Part shown: positions 41,643 through 51,973 of the stretch, in pieces
Position numbering within the stretch: the first letter of the stretch is position 1
How the letters are laid out: every line of letters starts with the position of its first letter
Assembly (NCBI GenBank): GCA_052147455.1
Contig: JBKQKO010000001.1
Coordinates: 9,379 to 73,378 of the forward strand
Reading direction: 5' to 3'
Source of the DNA: Desulfobaccales bacterium
GTDB lineage: Bacteria > Desulfobacterota > Desulfobaccia > Desulfobaccales > 0-14-0-80-60-11
Length of the DNA: 64,000 nt
The notes under the pieces: model-generated
The model's input: the letters and a program-made list of their open reading frames with translations, nothing else
Database searches by the model: none
What the model was told of the DNA's origin: nothing
Made by a program: the position numbers and the translations under genes

Positions 41643-42587
41643 ATGGTTTCACCCTTAAGAGTCGGGGTTATCGGCGTCGGCTATCTGGGGCGCTTCCACG
41701 CCGAGAAATACGCCCATCTAAAAGAGACGGAACTGGTGGGGGTGGCCGACCTCGACCAGGCCAGGGCCCAGGAGGTGGCCCGGGCCCTGGGAGCCGAAGC
41801 TTACCGAGATTACCGGCCGCTGCTGCGAGAGGTCAGCGCGGTGAGCGTCGCGGTGCCCACCTCCTCCCATTTTGCGGTGGTGCGGGATGCCCTGGAGGCA
41901 GGCTGCCAGGTGCTGGTGGAAAAGCCTCTCAGCGTCACGGTGGCCGAGGCCGACTCCTTGGTGGGTCTGGCCCGGGAGCGCCGCCGCATCCTTATGGTGG
42001 GGCACCTGGAGCGCTTCAATTCCGCCATGGAGGAGCTCAAGACCCGGGTGCGCGGACCCCGTTTCATCGAAAGCCACCGGCTGGCGTTTTTCAAGGAGCG
42101 GGGCACTGATGTGGACGTGGTCCTGGACCTGATGATCCATGACCTGGACCATGTTCTCTCCCTGGTCCAGGCACCGGTGCAGGAGATCAGGGCGGCGGGC
42201 ATCTCGGTGCTCACCGACCGCATCGATCTGGCCAACGCCCGTCTGGAGTTCGCCGGCGGCTGCATCGCTAACCTCACCGCCTCTCGCATGTCCTTCAAGA
42301 GCATGCGCAAGTTCCGCCTCTTCCAGGCCGACGCCTACCTGGCCGTGGATTTTGAGAACCGGGAACTGACCGTGGCCTTCAAAAAGGAGGGAGAGGTGGG
42401 CCCGATTCCGGGTGTGGCCCTGGAAAGCCGGCGCTTTCCCCAGGAAGACGTCCTGCTGAAGGAGATCAGCGCCTTTGTGCAGGCGGTTTTAAATGAGCAG
42501 GAGCCGCCCATCAGCGGCGAGGCTGGCCGGGCTGCCCTGGATTTGGCGTTGAAGATTAATGCCGCCATGAAGATAGTAAAAGGCTGA
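41643..42587 (+). CDS. Gfo/Idh/MocA-family oxidoreductase (lipid A neighbourhood)
   Basis: The Rossmann motif is RVGVIGVGYLGRFH and EKP is present. The gene lies directly upstream of lpxB. Confidence 0.75.
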   Translation: MVSPLRVGVIGVGYLGRFHAEKYAHLKETELVGVADLDQARAQEVARALGAEAYRDYRPLLREVSAVSVAVPTSSHFAVVRDALEAGCQVLVEKPLSVTVAEADSLVGLARERRRILMVGHLERFNSAMEELKTRVRGPRFIESHRLAFFKERGTDVDVVLDLMIHDLDHVLSLVQAPVQEIRAAGISVLTDRIDLANARLEFAGGCIANLTASRMSFKSMRKFRLFQADAYLAVDFENRELTVAFKKEGEVGPIPGVALESRRFPQEDVLLKEISAFVQAVLNEQEPPISGEAGRAALDLALKINAAMKIVKG

Positions 42588-42677
42588 GGGGCCAGGGGTT
42601 AGGGGTTAGAAAGGAAAAAGCAAAAAGGCAAAATTGAGCATATAGGGTGGGCACCGCTAAGATTTCTTATCAAGGAA

Positions 42678-43862
42678 ATGGCCAAGACTGATAAAAAACC
42701 TGGGAAAATCCTCGTCGTTGCCGGGGAGGCGTCGGGGGACGAGCATGCGGCCCGGTTGGTGGCGGCCATTAAGGATCGGTCGCCCCAGGCGGAGTTCTTC
42801 GGCATCGGTGGGGAGGCCCTGGCCGCCCAGGGGGTGCGCCTCCTTTGCCCCGCCTCGGAGCTGGCGGTGGTGGGCCTCTGGGAGGTGGCGGGCCGCCTGG
42901 GGGCGGTAATGCGTGCCTTGTGGGACGTGGGCCGGGCCCTGAAGAGCCAGGAGCCCGCCCTGGTCATCCTGGTGGATTTTCCGGATTTCAACTTCTGGGT
43001 GGCCCGCCTGGCCAGGTATTACCGGGTGGCGGTGATGTATTATATCAGCCCCCAGGTGTGGGCCTGGCGCAGCTACCGGGTGCGCACCCTGGCCCGCCTG
43101 GTGGACCGCCTGGTGGTGATCTTCCCTTTTGAGGCCGATTTTTACCGGGAACGAGGGGTGCCGGCGACCTATGTGGGCCACCCGCTGCTGGAGACCCTGC
43201 GGCGGCCGGAGGAGCGGCGTTCCTGGCTGGCCCGGGTGGGCCTGGACCCGGGACGCCTTACCGTCGCCCTGCTCCCGGGCAGCCGGGCCAGCGAAATTGA
43301 GCGGCACCTGCCTCCCATGCTGGAGGCCGCGGCCTTGATCCATAAAGCCATCCCGCAATGCCAGTTCCTCCTGCCCCTGGCCTCCACCGCCCCGGCGGAG
43401 CTGGTTAAGGGGATGGTAAAACAATGGTTGCGGGAGGCCCCCGGTAGCCGGGGGCCTTTGGCAATCCTTTCCGGACAATCCTACGAGTCCCTGGCCGCAG
43501 CGCACCTGGCCGTGGTGGCCTCGGGCACGGCCACAGTGGAAGCGGCCCTGGCCGGCACTCCCACGGTGATAGTATATCGGGTGTCGCCCCTGACTTTCCG
43601 GGTGGGCCGATGGCTGGTGCGGGTGCCGCACGTGGGCATGGCCAACCTCCTGGCCGGGGAGCGGCTCTTCCCGGAGCTGATCCAGAAAGACTTTACCCCG
43701 GAGCGCCTGGCCAGGGAGGCACTGGACTGGATAGGCGATCGGGAGCGCCTGGCCGCCCTGGGGCCGGGTCTGGCCCGGATCGTTAAGAGCCTGGAAGGCC
43801 GTGACGCCTCGCAAGGGGCGGCCCAGGTGGCCCTGGAGTTGATGGCCGCGGGGAAAAAATAG
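42678..43862 (+). CDS. lpxB: Lipid-A-disaccharide synthase
   Basis: KILVVAGEASGDEHAARLVAAIK, the DFPDFN block and GTATVEAALAGTP are present. Confidence 0.9.
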   Translation: MAKTDKKPGKILVVAGEASGDEHAARLVAAIKDRSPQAEFFGIGGEALAAQGVRLLCPASELAVVGLWEVAGRLGAVMRALWDVGRALKSQEPALVILVDFPDFNFWVARLARYYRVAVMYYISPQVWAWRSYRVRTLARLVDRLVVIFPFEADFYRERGVPATYVGHPLLETLRRPEERRSWLARVGLDPGRLTVALLPGSRASEIERHLPPMLEAAALIHKAIPQCQFLLPLASTAPAELVKGMVKQWLREAPGSRGPLAILSGQSYESLAAAHLAVVASGTATVEAALAGTPTVIVYRVSPLTFRVGRWLVRVPHVGMANLLAGERLFPELIQKDFTPERLAREALDWIGDRERLAALGPGLARIVKSLEGRDASQGAAQVALELMAAGKK

Positions 43863-44027
43863 AAAAAATATTTGCCATTGCCTAAGTTTAGATGGGTCTT
43901 ATCTTATTAGCTGAGGGAGATCCTTTGACTGATGGCGGCATCTTGCCGGTTCCCCCGCAAAAATCAAAGAAACTGAAGCCTGAAATTTGAAAACCGAAAA
44001 CCGAAAACTGCTTTTCAGGAGGTGACG

Positions 44028-45089
44028 ATGGCCATGATTAAAAAGATTCAATCTTTGCTGGGCCCCGAGGCGGATGACCTTTTGACCCATACCTGTAAGG
44101 GGTTCCCCAAAGAGAGCCTGCACCTGCCGGGGCCGGACTTCATCGACCGGGTCTTAGTGGGGAGCGACCGCTCGGCCAGGGTGCTGTGTTCCCTGGCGGC
44201 CCTCTTCGGCCATGGCCGGCTGGCGGGCCGCAGCTATCTCTCCATCCTGCCGGTGGACCAGGGGGTGGAGCATTCCGCCGGGGCCTCCTTTGCTCCCAAT
44301 CCAATTTATTTCGATCCTGAAAACATCGTTAAGTTGGCCCTGGAGGGGGGCTGCAACGCGGTGGCCTCCACTCTGGGGGTCTTGGGCGCGGTGGCCCGGA
44401 AATACGCCCACAAGATTCCTTTCATCGTCAAGCTGAATCACAACGAGATACTTAGCTATCCCAATTTCTATGACCAGACCATGTTCGCCAGCGTGGAACA
44501 GGCCTTTGATTTGGGGGCGGTGGCGGTGGGGGCCACCATCTATTACGGCTCCGTTGAGTCCCGGCGCCAGATCCAGGAGGTCAGCGAGGCCTTCAAAATG
44601 GCCCACGAACTGGGGATGGCCTGCATCCTCTGGTGCTATCTGCGCAATCCCGCCTTCAAGACGGAGCAGGGGGATATGCACGCCTCCGCCGACCTCACCG
44701 GCCAGGCCAATTATCTGGGAGTGACCATCGAGGCGGACATCATCAAGCAGAAATTGCCGGAGTGCAACGGCGGCTACAAGGCCCTGCCGAAATTCGGCAA
44801 GACCAATGAGTTGGTCTACACCAAGCTGGCGGGCGCCCACCCCATCGACATGTGCCGCTATCAGGTGGCCAACTGCTTCATGGGCCGGGCCGGGCTCATC
44901 AATTCCGGCGGCGGCTCCGGAAAGAACGACCTGGCCGAGGCGGTGCGCACCGCGGTGATCAACAAACGGGCCGGGGGCATGGGGCTGATCTCCGGGCGCA
45001 AGACCTTCCAGCGTCCCATGAAGGAAGGGGTGGAGCTCTTCAACGCCATCCAGGACGTCTTCCTCAGCCCCGAGGTGACGGTGGCTTAA
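44028..45089 (+). CDS. fbaB: Class I fructose-bisphosphate aldolase (FbaB/DhnA type)
   Basis: It is collinear by eye with E. coli FbaB ([62 protein letters not shown]). I placed the start at ATG 44028, downstream of AGGAGG. Confidence 0.9.
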   Translation: MAMIKKIQSLLGPEADDLLTHTCKGFPKESLHLPGPDFIDRVLVGSDRSARVLCSLAALFGHGRLAGRSYLSILPVDQGVEHSAGASFAPNPIYFDPENIVKLALEGGCNAVASTLGVLGAVARKYAHKIPFIVKLNHNEILSYPNFYDQTMFASVEQAFDLGAVAVGATIYYGSVESRRQIQEVSEAFKMAHELGMACILWCYLRNPAFKTEQGDMHASADLTGQANYLGVTIEADIIKQKLPECNGGYKALPKFGKTNELVYTKLAGAHPIDMCRYQVANCFMGRAGLINSGGGSGKNDLAEAVRTAVINKRAGGMGLISGRKTFQRPMKEGVELFNAIQDVFLSPEVTVA

Positions 45090-45180
45090 GCGCCCTGGCG
45101 GGGCCGCCTGCGGCAAGGTTTCCCTGGTCGCCAATAAATTGTAAAATCTTAAAGCAAATCGCCGCTTCAGGATAAGCTTC

Positions 45181-45825
45181 ATGTTTACCGGATTAGTGGA
45201 AGGGGTGGGGGAGATCGTCGGGCTCACGCCCCAGGCGGAAGGACTCAAGGTCACGGTCAAGACCCCGTTCCCGGCGGCGGAGCTGAGCCTGGGGGAGTCG
45301 GTGGCGGTGGCCGGAGCCTGCCTGACGGTGGTGGCCATCGCCCCGCCGGCGGCCAGCTTTGAGGTCTCGCCGGAAACCCTGGCCCGCACCACTTTCCCCT
45401 TGAAAAAGGTGGGTGACCGGGTAAACTTAGAAAGATCCCTGCGACTTGGCGACCGCCTGGGGGGACACCTGGTCACCGGCCACGTGGACGCCGCCGGCGG
45501 GGTGGGGCAGGTCCGGTCCGGCCCGGCCTATATCCAGTTACAGATAGAGCTGCCCGCGCCCCTGGGCCTCCTGGTCATTGAGAAGGGCTCCATTGCGGTG
45601 GACGGGGTTTCCCTGACGGTGAACTCGATCAAAGGAGCCGTCTTCAGCGTCAACATCATTCCCTTCACCGCCGGGAAAACCACCCTGGGGGCTTTGCGGG
45701 TGGGGGACCGGGTCAACCTGGAGGCGGACCTCATCGGCAAATACGTGGCCCGGTTATTGGGGAAGGACTCCGGGACAGGCCAGGGAGTCACCCTGGAGGT
45801 ACTGGCCCGGCACGGATTTCTCTAG
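45181..45825 (+). CDS. ribE: Riboflavin synthase (alpha chain)
   Basis: MFTGLVEGVGEI... is at the N-terminus, with duplicated lumazine-binding repeats (GESVAVAGACLTV and GSIAVDGVSLTV). Confidence 0.92.
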   Translation: MFTGLVEGVGEIVGLTPQAEGLKVTVKTPFPAAELSLGESVAVAGACLTVVAIAPPAASFEVSPETLARTTFPLKKVGDRVNLERSLRLGDRLGGHLVTGHVDAAGGVGQVRSGPAYIQLQIELPAPLGLLVIEKGSIAVDGVSLTVNSIKGAVFSVNIIPFTAGKTTLGALRVGDRVNLEADLIGKYVARLLGKDSGTGQGVTLEVLARHGFL

Positions 45826-45903
45826 TGGGCAGTGGGCCAAAGAATCACCGGCTCAGATGCCGGGCCAGCCAAAACCGGAAACCGAAAACAGGAACCAAGA
45901 GAA

Positions 45904-47112
45904 ATGTCGTTAGCACCTATTGAAGAAGTCATCAAAGATATACGCCAGGGCAAGATGATCATCCTGGTGGATGACGAAGACCGGGAAAACGAAGGCGACC
46001 TCACCATGGCCGCGGAACTGGTGACCCCGGAGGCCATCAATTTCATGGCCCGTTTCGGACGCGGGCTCATCTGCCTGGCCCTGGAGCCGGACCTGATAGA
46101 GCGCCTGAAATTGCCCCAAATGGTGCGGGACAACCAGTCGGGCTTCAAGACCGCGTTCTGCATCTCGGTGGAAGCCCGGCGAGGGGTGACCACCGGCATC
46201 TCGGCCGCGGACCGGGCCACCACCATCCTCACTGCGGTGGCGGACCACACCCGTCCCGAGGACCTGGTGAGCCCCGGGCACGTTTTTCCCATCCGGGCCC
46301 GGAGGGGCGGGGTCCTGGTGCGCACGGGCCAGACCGAGGGCTCCGTGGACCTGACCCGTCTGTCAGGGCTGAAGGGCGCCGCGGTGATCTGCGAGGTTAT
46401 GAAAGACGACGGCACCATGGCCCGGATGCCGGATCTGGAGAAGTTTGCCGAAGAGCATCGCCTGAAGATCGCCACCATCGCCGCCCTGGTGGAATACCGG
46501 CTGCGGCACGAATCCTTCGTGCACCGCCGGGCCAGCGTCAAGCTGCCCACCTATTTTGGGGAATTCACTGCCATTGCCTATGACAACGACGTGGACGACA
46601 ACCAGCACGTGGCCCTGGTGAAGGGGGAGATTGCTCCGGAGCAGCCGGTGCTGGTGCGGGTCCATTCCGAATGCGTCACCGGTGATGTCTTCCATTCCCT
46701 GCGTTGCGACTGCGGCGACCAGTTGGAAGCCGCCATGCAACTGGTGGAGTGCGAAGGCAACGGGATCATCCTGTACATGCACCAGGAGGGCAGGGGCATC
46801 GGTCTGGTCAACAAGCTGCGGGCCTATGAGCTGCAGGACCAAGGCGCCGATACGGTGGAAGCCAACGAAGCCCTGGGTTTTAAGGCGGACCTGCGGGATT
46901 ACGGCATCGGGGCCCAGATCTTGCGGGACCTGGGAGTCCGCCAGATGCGCCTGATGACTAACAATCCCAAGAAGATCATCGGCCTGGAGGGCTACGGCCT
47001 CAAGATGGTGGAGCGGGTTCCCCTGGAGATTCCTCCCAACCGGATGAATCGCAACTATCTCAAGACCAAGTGTCAGAAGATGGGGCACCTGTTGAAGCTG
47101 GTGGAAAACTAG
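45904..47112 (+). CDS. ribBA: Bifunctional DHBP synthase/GTP cyclohydrolase II
   Basis: I placed the start at ATG 45904. DDEDRENEGDL and HSECVTGDVFHSLRCDCGDQLE are present. Confidence 0.92.
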   Translation: MSLAPIEEVIKDIRQGKMIILVDDEDRENEGDLTMAAELVTPEAINFMARFGRGLICLALEPDLIERLKLPQMVRDNQSGFKTAFCISVEARRGVTTGISAADRATTILTAVADHTRPEDLVSPGHVFPIRARRGGVLVRTGQTEGSVDLTRLSGLKGAAVICEVMKDDGTMARMPDLEKFAEEHRLKIATIAALVEYRLRHESFVHRRASVKLPTYFGEFTAIAYDNDVDDNQHVALVKGEIAPEQPVLVRVHSECVTGDVFHSLRCDCGDQLEAAMQLVECEGNGIILYMHQEGRGIGLVNKLRAYELQDQGADTVEANEALGFKADLRDYGIGAQILRDLGVRQMRLMTNNPKKIIGLEGYGLKMVERVPLEIPPNRMNRNYLKTKCQKMGHLLKLVEN

Positions 47113-47343
47113 TGTCATGTTTCATAATTAGCTGGATATAATATCAGGACTGGAACGCCGGCGTGGGCATGATTAAGTCCCCCTTTTTCAAAGGGGTTTT
47201 TAAAATCAGTCATTTTCAATGGATAATCCATGGCGGAACAGACCACTAGTACCAGCAAGCAGGCGTTAGCTCTCTCCTGACCAGGGGCTTGCGGAACAGA
47301 AAAATACCAAAAACTCAAACTGAGAAACTCAGAAGGGGGAAGG

Positions 47344-47811
47344 ATGCGTACGGTAGAAGGCAAGCTCAACGGCGCCGGCCTGAAATTTGCCCTGGTGGTC
47401 AGCCGCTTCAATTCCTTTATTACCGAGCGCCTGCTGGAAGGGGCCCTGGATTGCCTGCGGCGCCAGGGGGTGGCGGAAGACGATTTAATGGTGGTGCGGG
47501 TACCCGGGGCCTGGGAAATCCCGTTGGTGGCCAAACGTCTGGCAGCCTCCAAGGCCCACGACGCCGTGGTCTGCCTGGCCGCGGTGATTAGGGGCTCCAC
47601 TCCCCACTTCGATTACGTGGCCGGGGAAGTGAGCAAGGGGATCGCGCAGGTGGCCCTGGAGAGCGGGGTGCCCATCTCCTTCGGCATTCTCACCACCGAA
47701 ACCCTGGAGCAGGCTATCGAGCGGGCCGGCAGCAAGGCGGGCAACAAAGGGTTTAGCGCCGCGGAAGCCGCCATCGAGATGGCCAATCTTCTGAAGGGCT
47801 GGGGGGCCTGA
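47344..47811 (+). CDS. ribH: 6,7-dimethyl-8-ribityllumazine synthase
   Basis: [20 protein letters not shown] and [10 protein letters not shown] are present. The protein is 155 aa. Confidence 0.92.
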   Translation: MRTVEGKLNGAGLKFALVVSRFNSFITERLLEGALDCLRRQGVAEDDLMVVRVPGAWEIPLVAKRLAASKAHDAVVCLAAVIRGSTPHFDYVAGEVSKGIAQVALESGVPISFGILTTETLEQAIERAGSKAGNKGFSAAEAAIEMANLLKGWGA

Positions 47812-47815
47812 TTTC

Positions 47816-48253
47816 TTGCCGGCTTATTCCCGCAGCCACTGCCGGGAATGGGCCCTGCAATTTCTCTATCACGGTGAATTCGCCCGGAGCGACCACCCGG
47901 AGGATTTAGAGGGCTTCTGGAGCCATTTTCATCCGGAAGGCCCCGGCGTCCCTGCCTATCTGCGGGTATTGACGGCCGGGGTGGCTTCCCATCAGGGAGA
48001 ATTGGACGCCCTCATCCGCCACTTTTCCGAACACTGGCGCCTGGAGCGCATGGGTGCGGTGGACCGCAACCTCCTGCGCCTGGCAGCCTATGAACTCCTC
48101 TATCAGCACAAAATTCCGCCCAAAGTGGTGATCAACGAAGCCATCGAGATGGCCAAGCGTTACGGGACCGAGGACTCGGGGGCCTTTGTCAATGGCATCC
48201 TGGACCAGGTCCTGGCGGACCGGAAGAAGTTAGCCTTGAGCGGTGAACAGTGA
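47816..48253 (+). CDS. nusB: Transcription antitermination factor NusB
   Basis: SRSHCREWALQFLY and LRLAAYELLY are present. The protein is 145 aa and the gene follows ribH, as is usual. Confidence 0.88.
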   Translation: MPAYSRSHCREWALQFLYHGEFARSDHPEDLEGFWSHFHPEGPGVPAYLRVLTAGVASHQGELDALIRHFSEHWRLERMGAVDRNLLRLAAYELLYQHKIPPKVVINEAIEMAKRYGTEDSGAFVNGILDQVLADRKKLALSGEQ

Positions 48254-48315
48254 GGAAAAAGTAGTTGCTGGTTAATTATCCCAAGGTACAATCACAGCAT
48301 TAGAAATATTCTCCG

Positions 48316-48355
48316 TAGGGGGGCACAGTGGCACAGGCTTTCAGCCTGTGCTGGG
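48316..48355. repeat. REP-like module (copy 2 of 3)
   Basis: GTAGGGGGGCACAGTGGCACAGGCTTTCAGCCTGTGCTGGG is followed by a GCGCCCTCCGGGGGCGGACACCTGGGTC module. Confidence 0.7.
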
Positions 48356-48531
48356 ATGCGCCCTCCGGGGGCGGACACCTGGGTCTGCCCCTGCTGATCC
48401 CCGCCTTTGCTTTTGGCTGGCAAACTTGCACACCGGGAAATAAAGACTTATTTTGTTAATTTATAAATTGCCATCCGGTACCCAAAGAATCTGAACCGGC
48501 TCCGCCGGCACTGCAAAAGGAGGAATTTGAG

Positions 48532-49170
48532 ATGTTCCGGAGAATCCTGGCATTGGCAATGATAGTCATTTTCCCCCTGGCGCTGGCGGGTTGCATGACT
48601 GAAAGCGGGTATTATTCGCCGGGAGAGTCCGCTGGCGCGGGCGCCTTGGGAGGTGCGGCCACCGGGGCGGCCCTCGGCGCCATCATCGGTGCGGCCACCG
48701 GCGCGCCCGCCACCGGCGCCTGGATAGGCGCCGCCGCCGGCGGGCTCGTGGGAGGAGTGGGCGGCTATCTCTATGCCGAAAACCGTAATAGTGAGATCGC
48801 CTCCAGTCAGGCCGCGGCCCAGTCCTACAATTACAACCCCTCTCAGGGCAACCTGGTGAAAATCGACCGGGTATCCGTCAACCCTTCGGTGGCACACCCT
48901 GGCCAGCAGGTTAACCTGGAGACGAATTACACCATCCTGACCCCGGACAATAATCCGGCCTCGGTCAACCTGGTGTGGGAAGTCCGCTACGGGGGCCAGT
49001 TGATGGGGCAGCCGTACCAGACCACGGTCAACAATGCCAACGGTTCCTTCACCGATTCCGTGGAATATGCCCTGCCCAACGGCGCGGCCTCTGGGAGTTA
49101 TACCGTCACCAGCCGGGTGAACAGCAATTACGGCGGCGACCAGCGGGATGCCTATTTCAGCATCCAGTAA
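48532..49170 (+). CDS. Lipoprotein with glycine-zipper region
   Basis: The lipobox is LALAG-C. A Gly/Ala zipper follows (GAGALGGAATGAALGAIIGAATGAPATGAWIGAAAGGLVGGVGG). Confidence 0.7.
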   Translation: MFRRILALAMIVIFPLALAGCMTESGYYSPGESAGAGALGGAATGAALGAIIGAATGAPATGAWIGAAAGGLVGGVGGYLYAENRNSEIASSQAAAQSYNYNPSQGNLVKIDRVSVNPSVAHPGQQVNLETNYTILTPDNNPASVNLVWEVRYGGQLMGQPYQTTVNNANGSFTDSVEYALPNGAASGSYTVTSRVNSNYGGDQRDAYFSIQ

Positions 49171-49292
49171 GGTCCTGGCCAGGTCAGCAGGGGGCGGCAG
49201 GTGAGAATCGTCACTGGCCGCCTCATTCCCGCCGGTTCCCGGGGCGCGTCCCGGAGATCCATTATTGAAGTACTTTTAGGGTTACCTGCCGG

Positions 49293-49321
49293 TTGACAAG
49301 AATCCACCCTTTTGTTAAACT
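49293..49321 (+). promoter_or_regulatory. Promoter candidate for the rpsF operon
   Basis: TTGACA (49293-49298), a 17-nt spacer and TAAACT (49316-49321). Confidence 0.5.
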
Positions 49322-49386
49322 TTCATTTTTTACTCTCCTTGCCCTGGGCCGAAGGCGCCAGGGCCATCAGGCCATAAGGAGGAAGA

Positions 49387-49848
49387 ATGCGCCGCTATGA
49401 GTCGGTCTGGGTGGTGAACGGCGACCTCCCGGACGAAGAGATTAAGGGCACCATCGACAAGTTCAGCCGGATCCTTTCCACCCAGGGAGGCACCCTGGTG
49501 CGCCTGGAGGAATGGGGCCGCAAGAAGTTGGCCTACCGGATCCAGGGGGTTACCCGGGGTTACTACGTCGTGGTGGACTACGCCGGCACGCCGGCCACCG
49601 TCAAGGAACTGGAGCGGAACTACCGCATCGACGACCGTCTCATCCGCTCTCACACCAGCAGAAAATCCGATAAAGTAAACCTCGAGGCCCTGCAGGCGGA
49701 GATCGCCGCCGGGGTCCAGGCGGTTGCGGCGGCCCCCGCCCCGGAAGTGGAACCCGCGGGGGTGGTCCCGGAGGCTGTAGCGGCAGTTGAGGCCGCGGCG
49801 GCACCCGTTGCGGAGGTGGAAGCCGCGCCTCAGGGACAGGAGGACTAA
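49387..49848 (+). CDS. rpsF: 30S ribosomal protein S6 (with Ala/Glu-rich C-terminal tail)
   Basis: MRRYESVWVVNGDLPDEEIKGTIDKF...WGRKKLAYRI. Confidence 0.92.
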   Translation: MRRYESVWVVNGDLPDEEIKGTIDKFSRILSTQGGTLVRLEEWGRKKLAYRIQGVTRGYYVVVDYAGTPATVKELERNYRIDDRLIRSHTSRKSDKVNLEALQAEIAAGVQAVAAAPAPEVEPAGVVPEAVAAVEAAAAPVAEVEAAPQGQED

Positions 49849-49851
49849 GCC

Positions 49852-50109
49852 ATGCCGGTAATGCCTCGCCGCAAACGGAAACAGTTCTACGTCAGGCGCA
49901 AGGTTTGCCGCTTCTGCGTGGATGCCAACCTGCCCATCGACTATAAAGACTACAACACCTTGAGGCAGTTTGTCACGGAGAGGGGCAAGATCATCCCCCG
50001 GCGAATTTCGGGAAATTGCGCCCGCCACCAGCGCCGGGTCACCAGGGCCATCAAGCAAGCCCGGCTGCTGGCCCTGATTCCGTACACTCCCACGGCGCCG
50101 CCAGCATGA
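49852..50109 (+). CDS. rpsR: 30S ribosomal protein S18
   Basis: CRFCVD...[33 protein letters not shown]. Confidence 0.92.
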   Translation: MPVMPRRKRKQFYVRRKVCRFCVDANLPIDYKDYNTLRQFVTERGKIIPRRISGNCARHQRRVTRAIKQARLLALIPYTPTAPPA

Positions 50110-50125
50110 TGGCTGGAGCAGAGCC

Positions 50126-51091
50126 TTGTTACCCGCAGGCCGCCTTTCCATCTGGTTCGCCTGTTTAAGCCTCCTGCTGCTGCTCTTGATCGGGGCGCAG
50201 CTGCACCCCATGGGTTACCTGCTAGCGGGCATCCTGGCGCCCCTGCCGGTGCTGCTGGTAGGATGGCGCCTGGGAGACCGGGATGCCCTGCTGCTGGCCC
50301 TGGCCGGCGTCGTGGTTGTCCTGGCCTTGAATCCCGGGCTGGAAACCCTCTGGACGCATCTTAGCTTCCTGAGTCTGCTGCTCATGGGCTTCTTGTTGAG
50401 CGCCCTGCAACACCGGGGCCTGTCCGCCCCCGGGGCCATCATGCTCACGGTGCTGACCCTGAGCGGCCTGGCCCTGCTGCTATTTCTGGGACAGGCCGCT
50501 TATCAGGGGGTGAGCCCCCAGGTTCTCCTGGACCAGCGGGGCGCAGAAATCATGAAGTCGGTGCACCAGGTGCTGGGGGAAGGCAGTGGCGCCTCCGGGG
50601 CCGCAATAACGCCGGGGATTTCCCCGGGCGAACTGGAAGCCCTGCTTAAACGGCTGCTGCCGGCCCTGGTGCTCACCAATACCGGCCTGGTGGCCTGGCT
50701 CAACGTGGTGCTGGCCCGGCAATTGACCTGGCTGCTGAGCGGCCAGAAGCCCGAGCCGCCCCTTTATTATTGGGCCCTGCCCGAATGGCTCATCTTCGTG
50801 GCTCTGGGCGCCGGCTTTATGCTGTTGGTTCCGGTGGCCGCGTTGCGTTCCCTCAGCCTCAACCTGTTGCTGATCCTGGCGGTCCTCTATTTCTGTCAGG
50901 GTTTGGGGGTGGTGGCCGGCTGGTTCCAGCGTCTGAGACTGCCCCGGGTTCTGCGGATCATCGGCTACGCGGTGCTGTTTTTTAACCCGTTGTTTTTTTT
51001 GATCACCATCCTGGGAGTGCTGGACCTCTGGTTCGATTTTCGCCGCTTGCACCGGCAACCCGGGGACGCCGGAGGAGGAATCAAAAGTTGA
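50126..51091 (+). CDS. DUF2232-like (YybS-type) membrane protein
   Basis: It is polytopic and sits between rpsR and rplI, the usual position for this family. The start is uncertain (TTG 50126 or a downstream Met). Confidence 0.6.
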   Translation: MLPAGRLSIWFACLSLLLLLLIGAQLHPMGYLLAGILAPLPVLLVGWRLGDRDALLLALAGVVVVLALNPGLETLWTHLSFLSLLLMGFLLSALQHRGLSAPGAIMLTVLTLSGLALLLFLGQAAYQGVSPQVLLDQRGAEIMKSVHQVLGEGSGASGAAITPGISPGELEALLKRLLPALVLTNTGLVAWLNVVLARQLTWLLSGQKPEPPLYYWALPEWLIFVALGAGFMLLVPVAALRSLSLNLLLILAVLYFCQGLGVVAGWFQRLRLPRVLRIIGYAVLFFNPLFFLITILGVLDLWFDFRRLHRQPGDAGGGIKS

Positions 51092-51537
51092 AGATCATTC
51101 TGACGAAAGACGTTGCCGCCCTGGGCGTACTCGGCTCCGTGGTGGAGGTGGCCCGGGGTTATGCCAGAAATTACCTGATTCCCCAGGGCCTGGCCATGGA
51201 AGCCAACCGGGGCAACCTGGCCCAGGTGGAACAGGTTAAAGCCAGATATGTTGACCTCCGGGCCAAGGAGCAGGAAGCCGCTTTGGCCAATGTCGCCCAA
51301 CTGGAAGGGGTGAGCGTCACCATTACCCAGCGGGTGGGAGAGGGAGAGCGCCTCTACGGGTCGGTGACCGCGGCCATGATCATCACGGCACTGGAGGCCA
51401 AGGGCTTCAATATCGACCGCAAGCAATTGGACCTGCCGGAGCCGATTAAAAAGCTGGGCAGCTACCAGGTCCCCGTCCGCCTGGCCCCGGAAGTCCAGGC
51501 CGAAATCACCGTGGCCGTGGTGGCCGAGGCAGATTAG
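51088..51537 (+). CDS. rplI: 50S ribosomal protein L9
   Basis: MKIILTKDVAALGVLGSVVEVARGYARNYLIPQGLA. The start codon is TTG. Confidence 0.92.
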   Translation: MKIILTKDVAALGVLGSVVEVARGYARNYLIPQGLAMEANRGNLAQVEQVKARYVDLRAKEQEAALANVAQLEGVSVTITQRVGEGERLYGSVTAAMIITALEAKGFNIDRKQLDLPEPIKKLGSYQVPVRLAPEVQAEITVAVVAEAD

Positions 51538-51973
51538 CTTTTCCCTGTATGGTTTTCCGGGGCAAGGGGTGGCTGGCGCAAGCTAAAGCCTGCGGCTACA
51601 GTTAAATTCCCCATCTGGAACTTGTTTTTTGCTCCGATTGCTAATTGCTGGCGCCGGCGCTCCGCCCGGGCGCCTTGATACAAAAAATTCAAAAATTGGC
51701 TGCATTTAATGGGAATGAAGGCAGTATTGAGAGCCATCAGGTGAAAAATCCAGCTAACCCCTGGGGAAGATCGCTTAATCTTCTGTAACAACATTAACTT
51801 GGTTGTAAATCTTTAACTTTCCTTCCCTCCCCGCCTCCCTGGGGCGCCCAACCCCTATTTGCAATCCCGCCGGGTTTTCGATATGATGCAAGAAGAGACC
51901 CCGTGTAATAATTAATCTATTTAATTCAGCTAGTTATTAACAGAGAACCGTTCTGCCACCTGGGGGAGTCACC

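Noticed and set aside
47113-47343. A possible FMN riboswitch in the 230-bp gap inside the rib cluster
   Set aside because: None of the FMN-element conserved blocks is visible. The gap contains repeat fragments (CCCCCTTTTTCAAAGGGG) instead.
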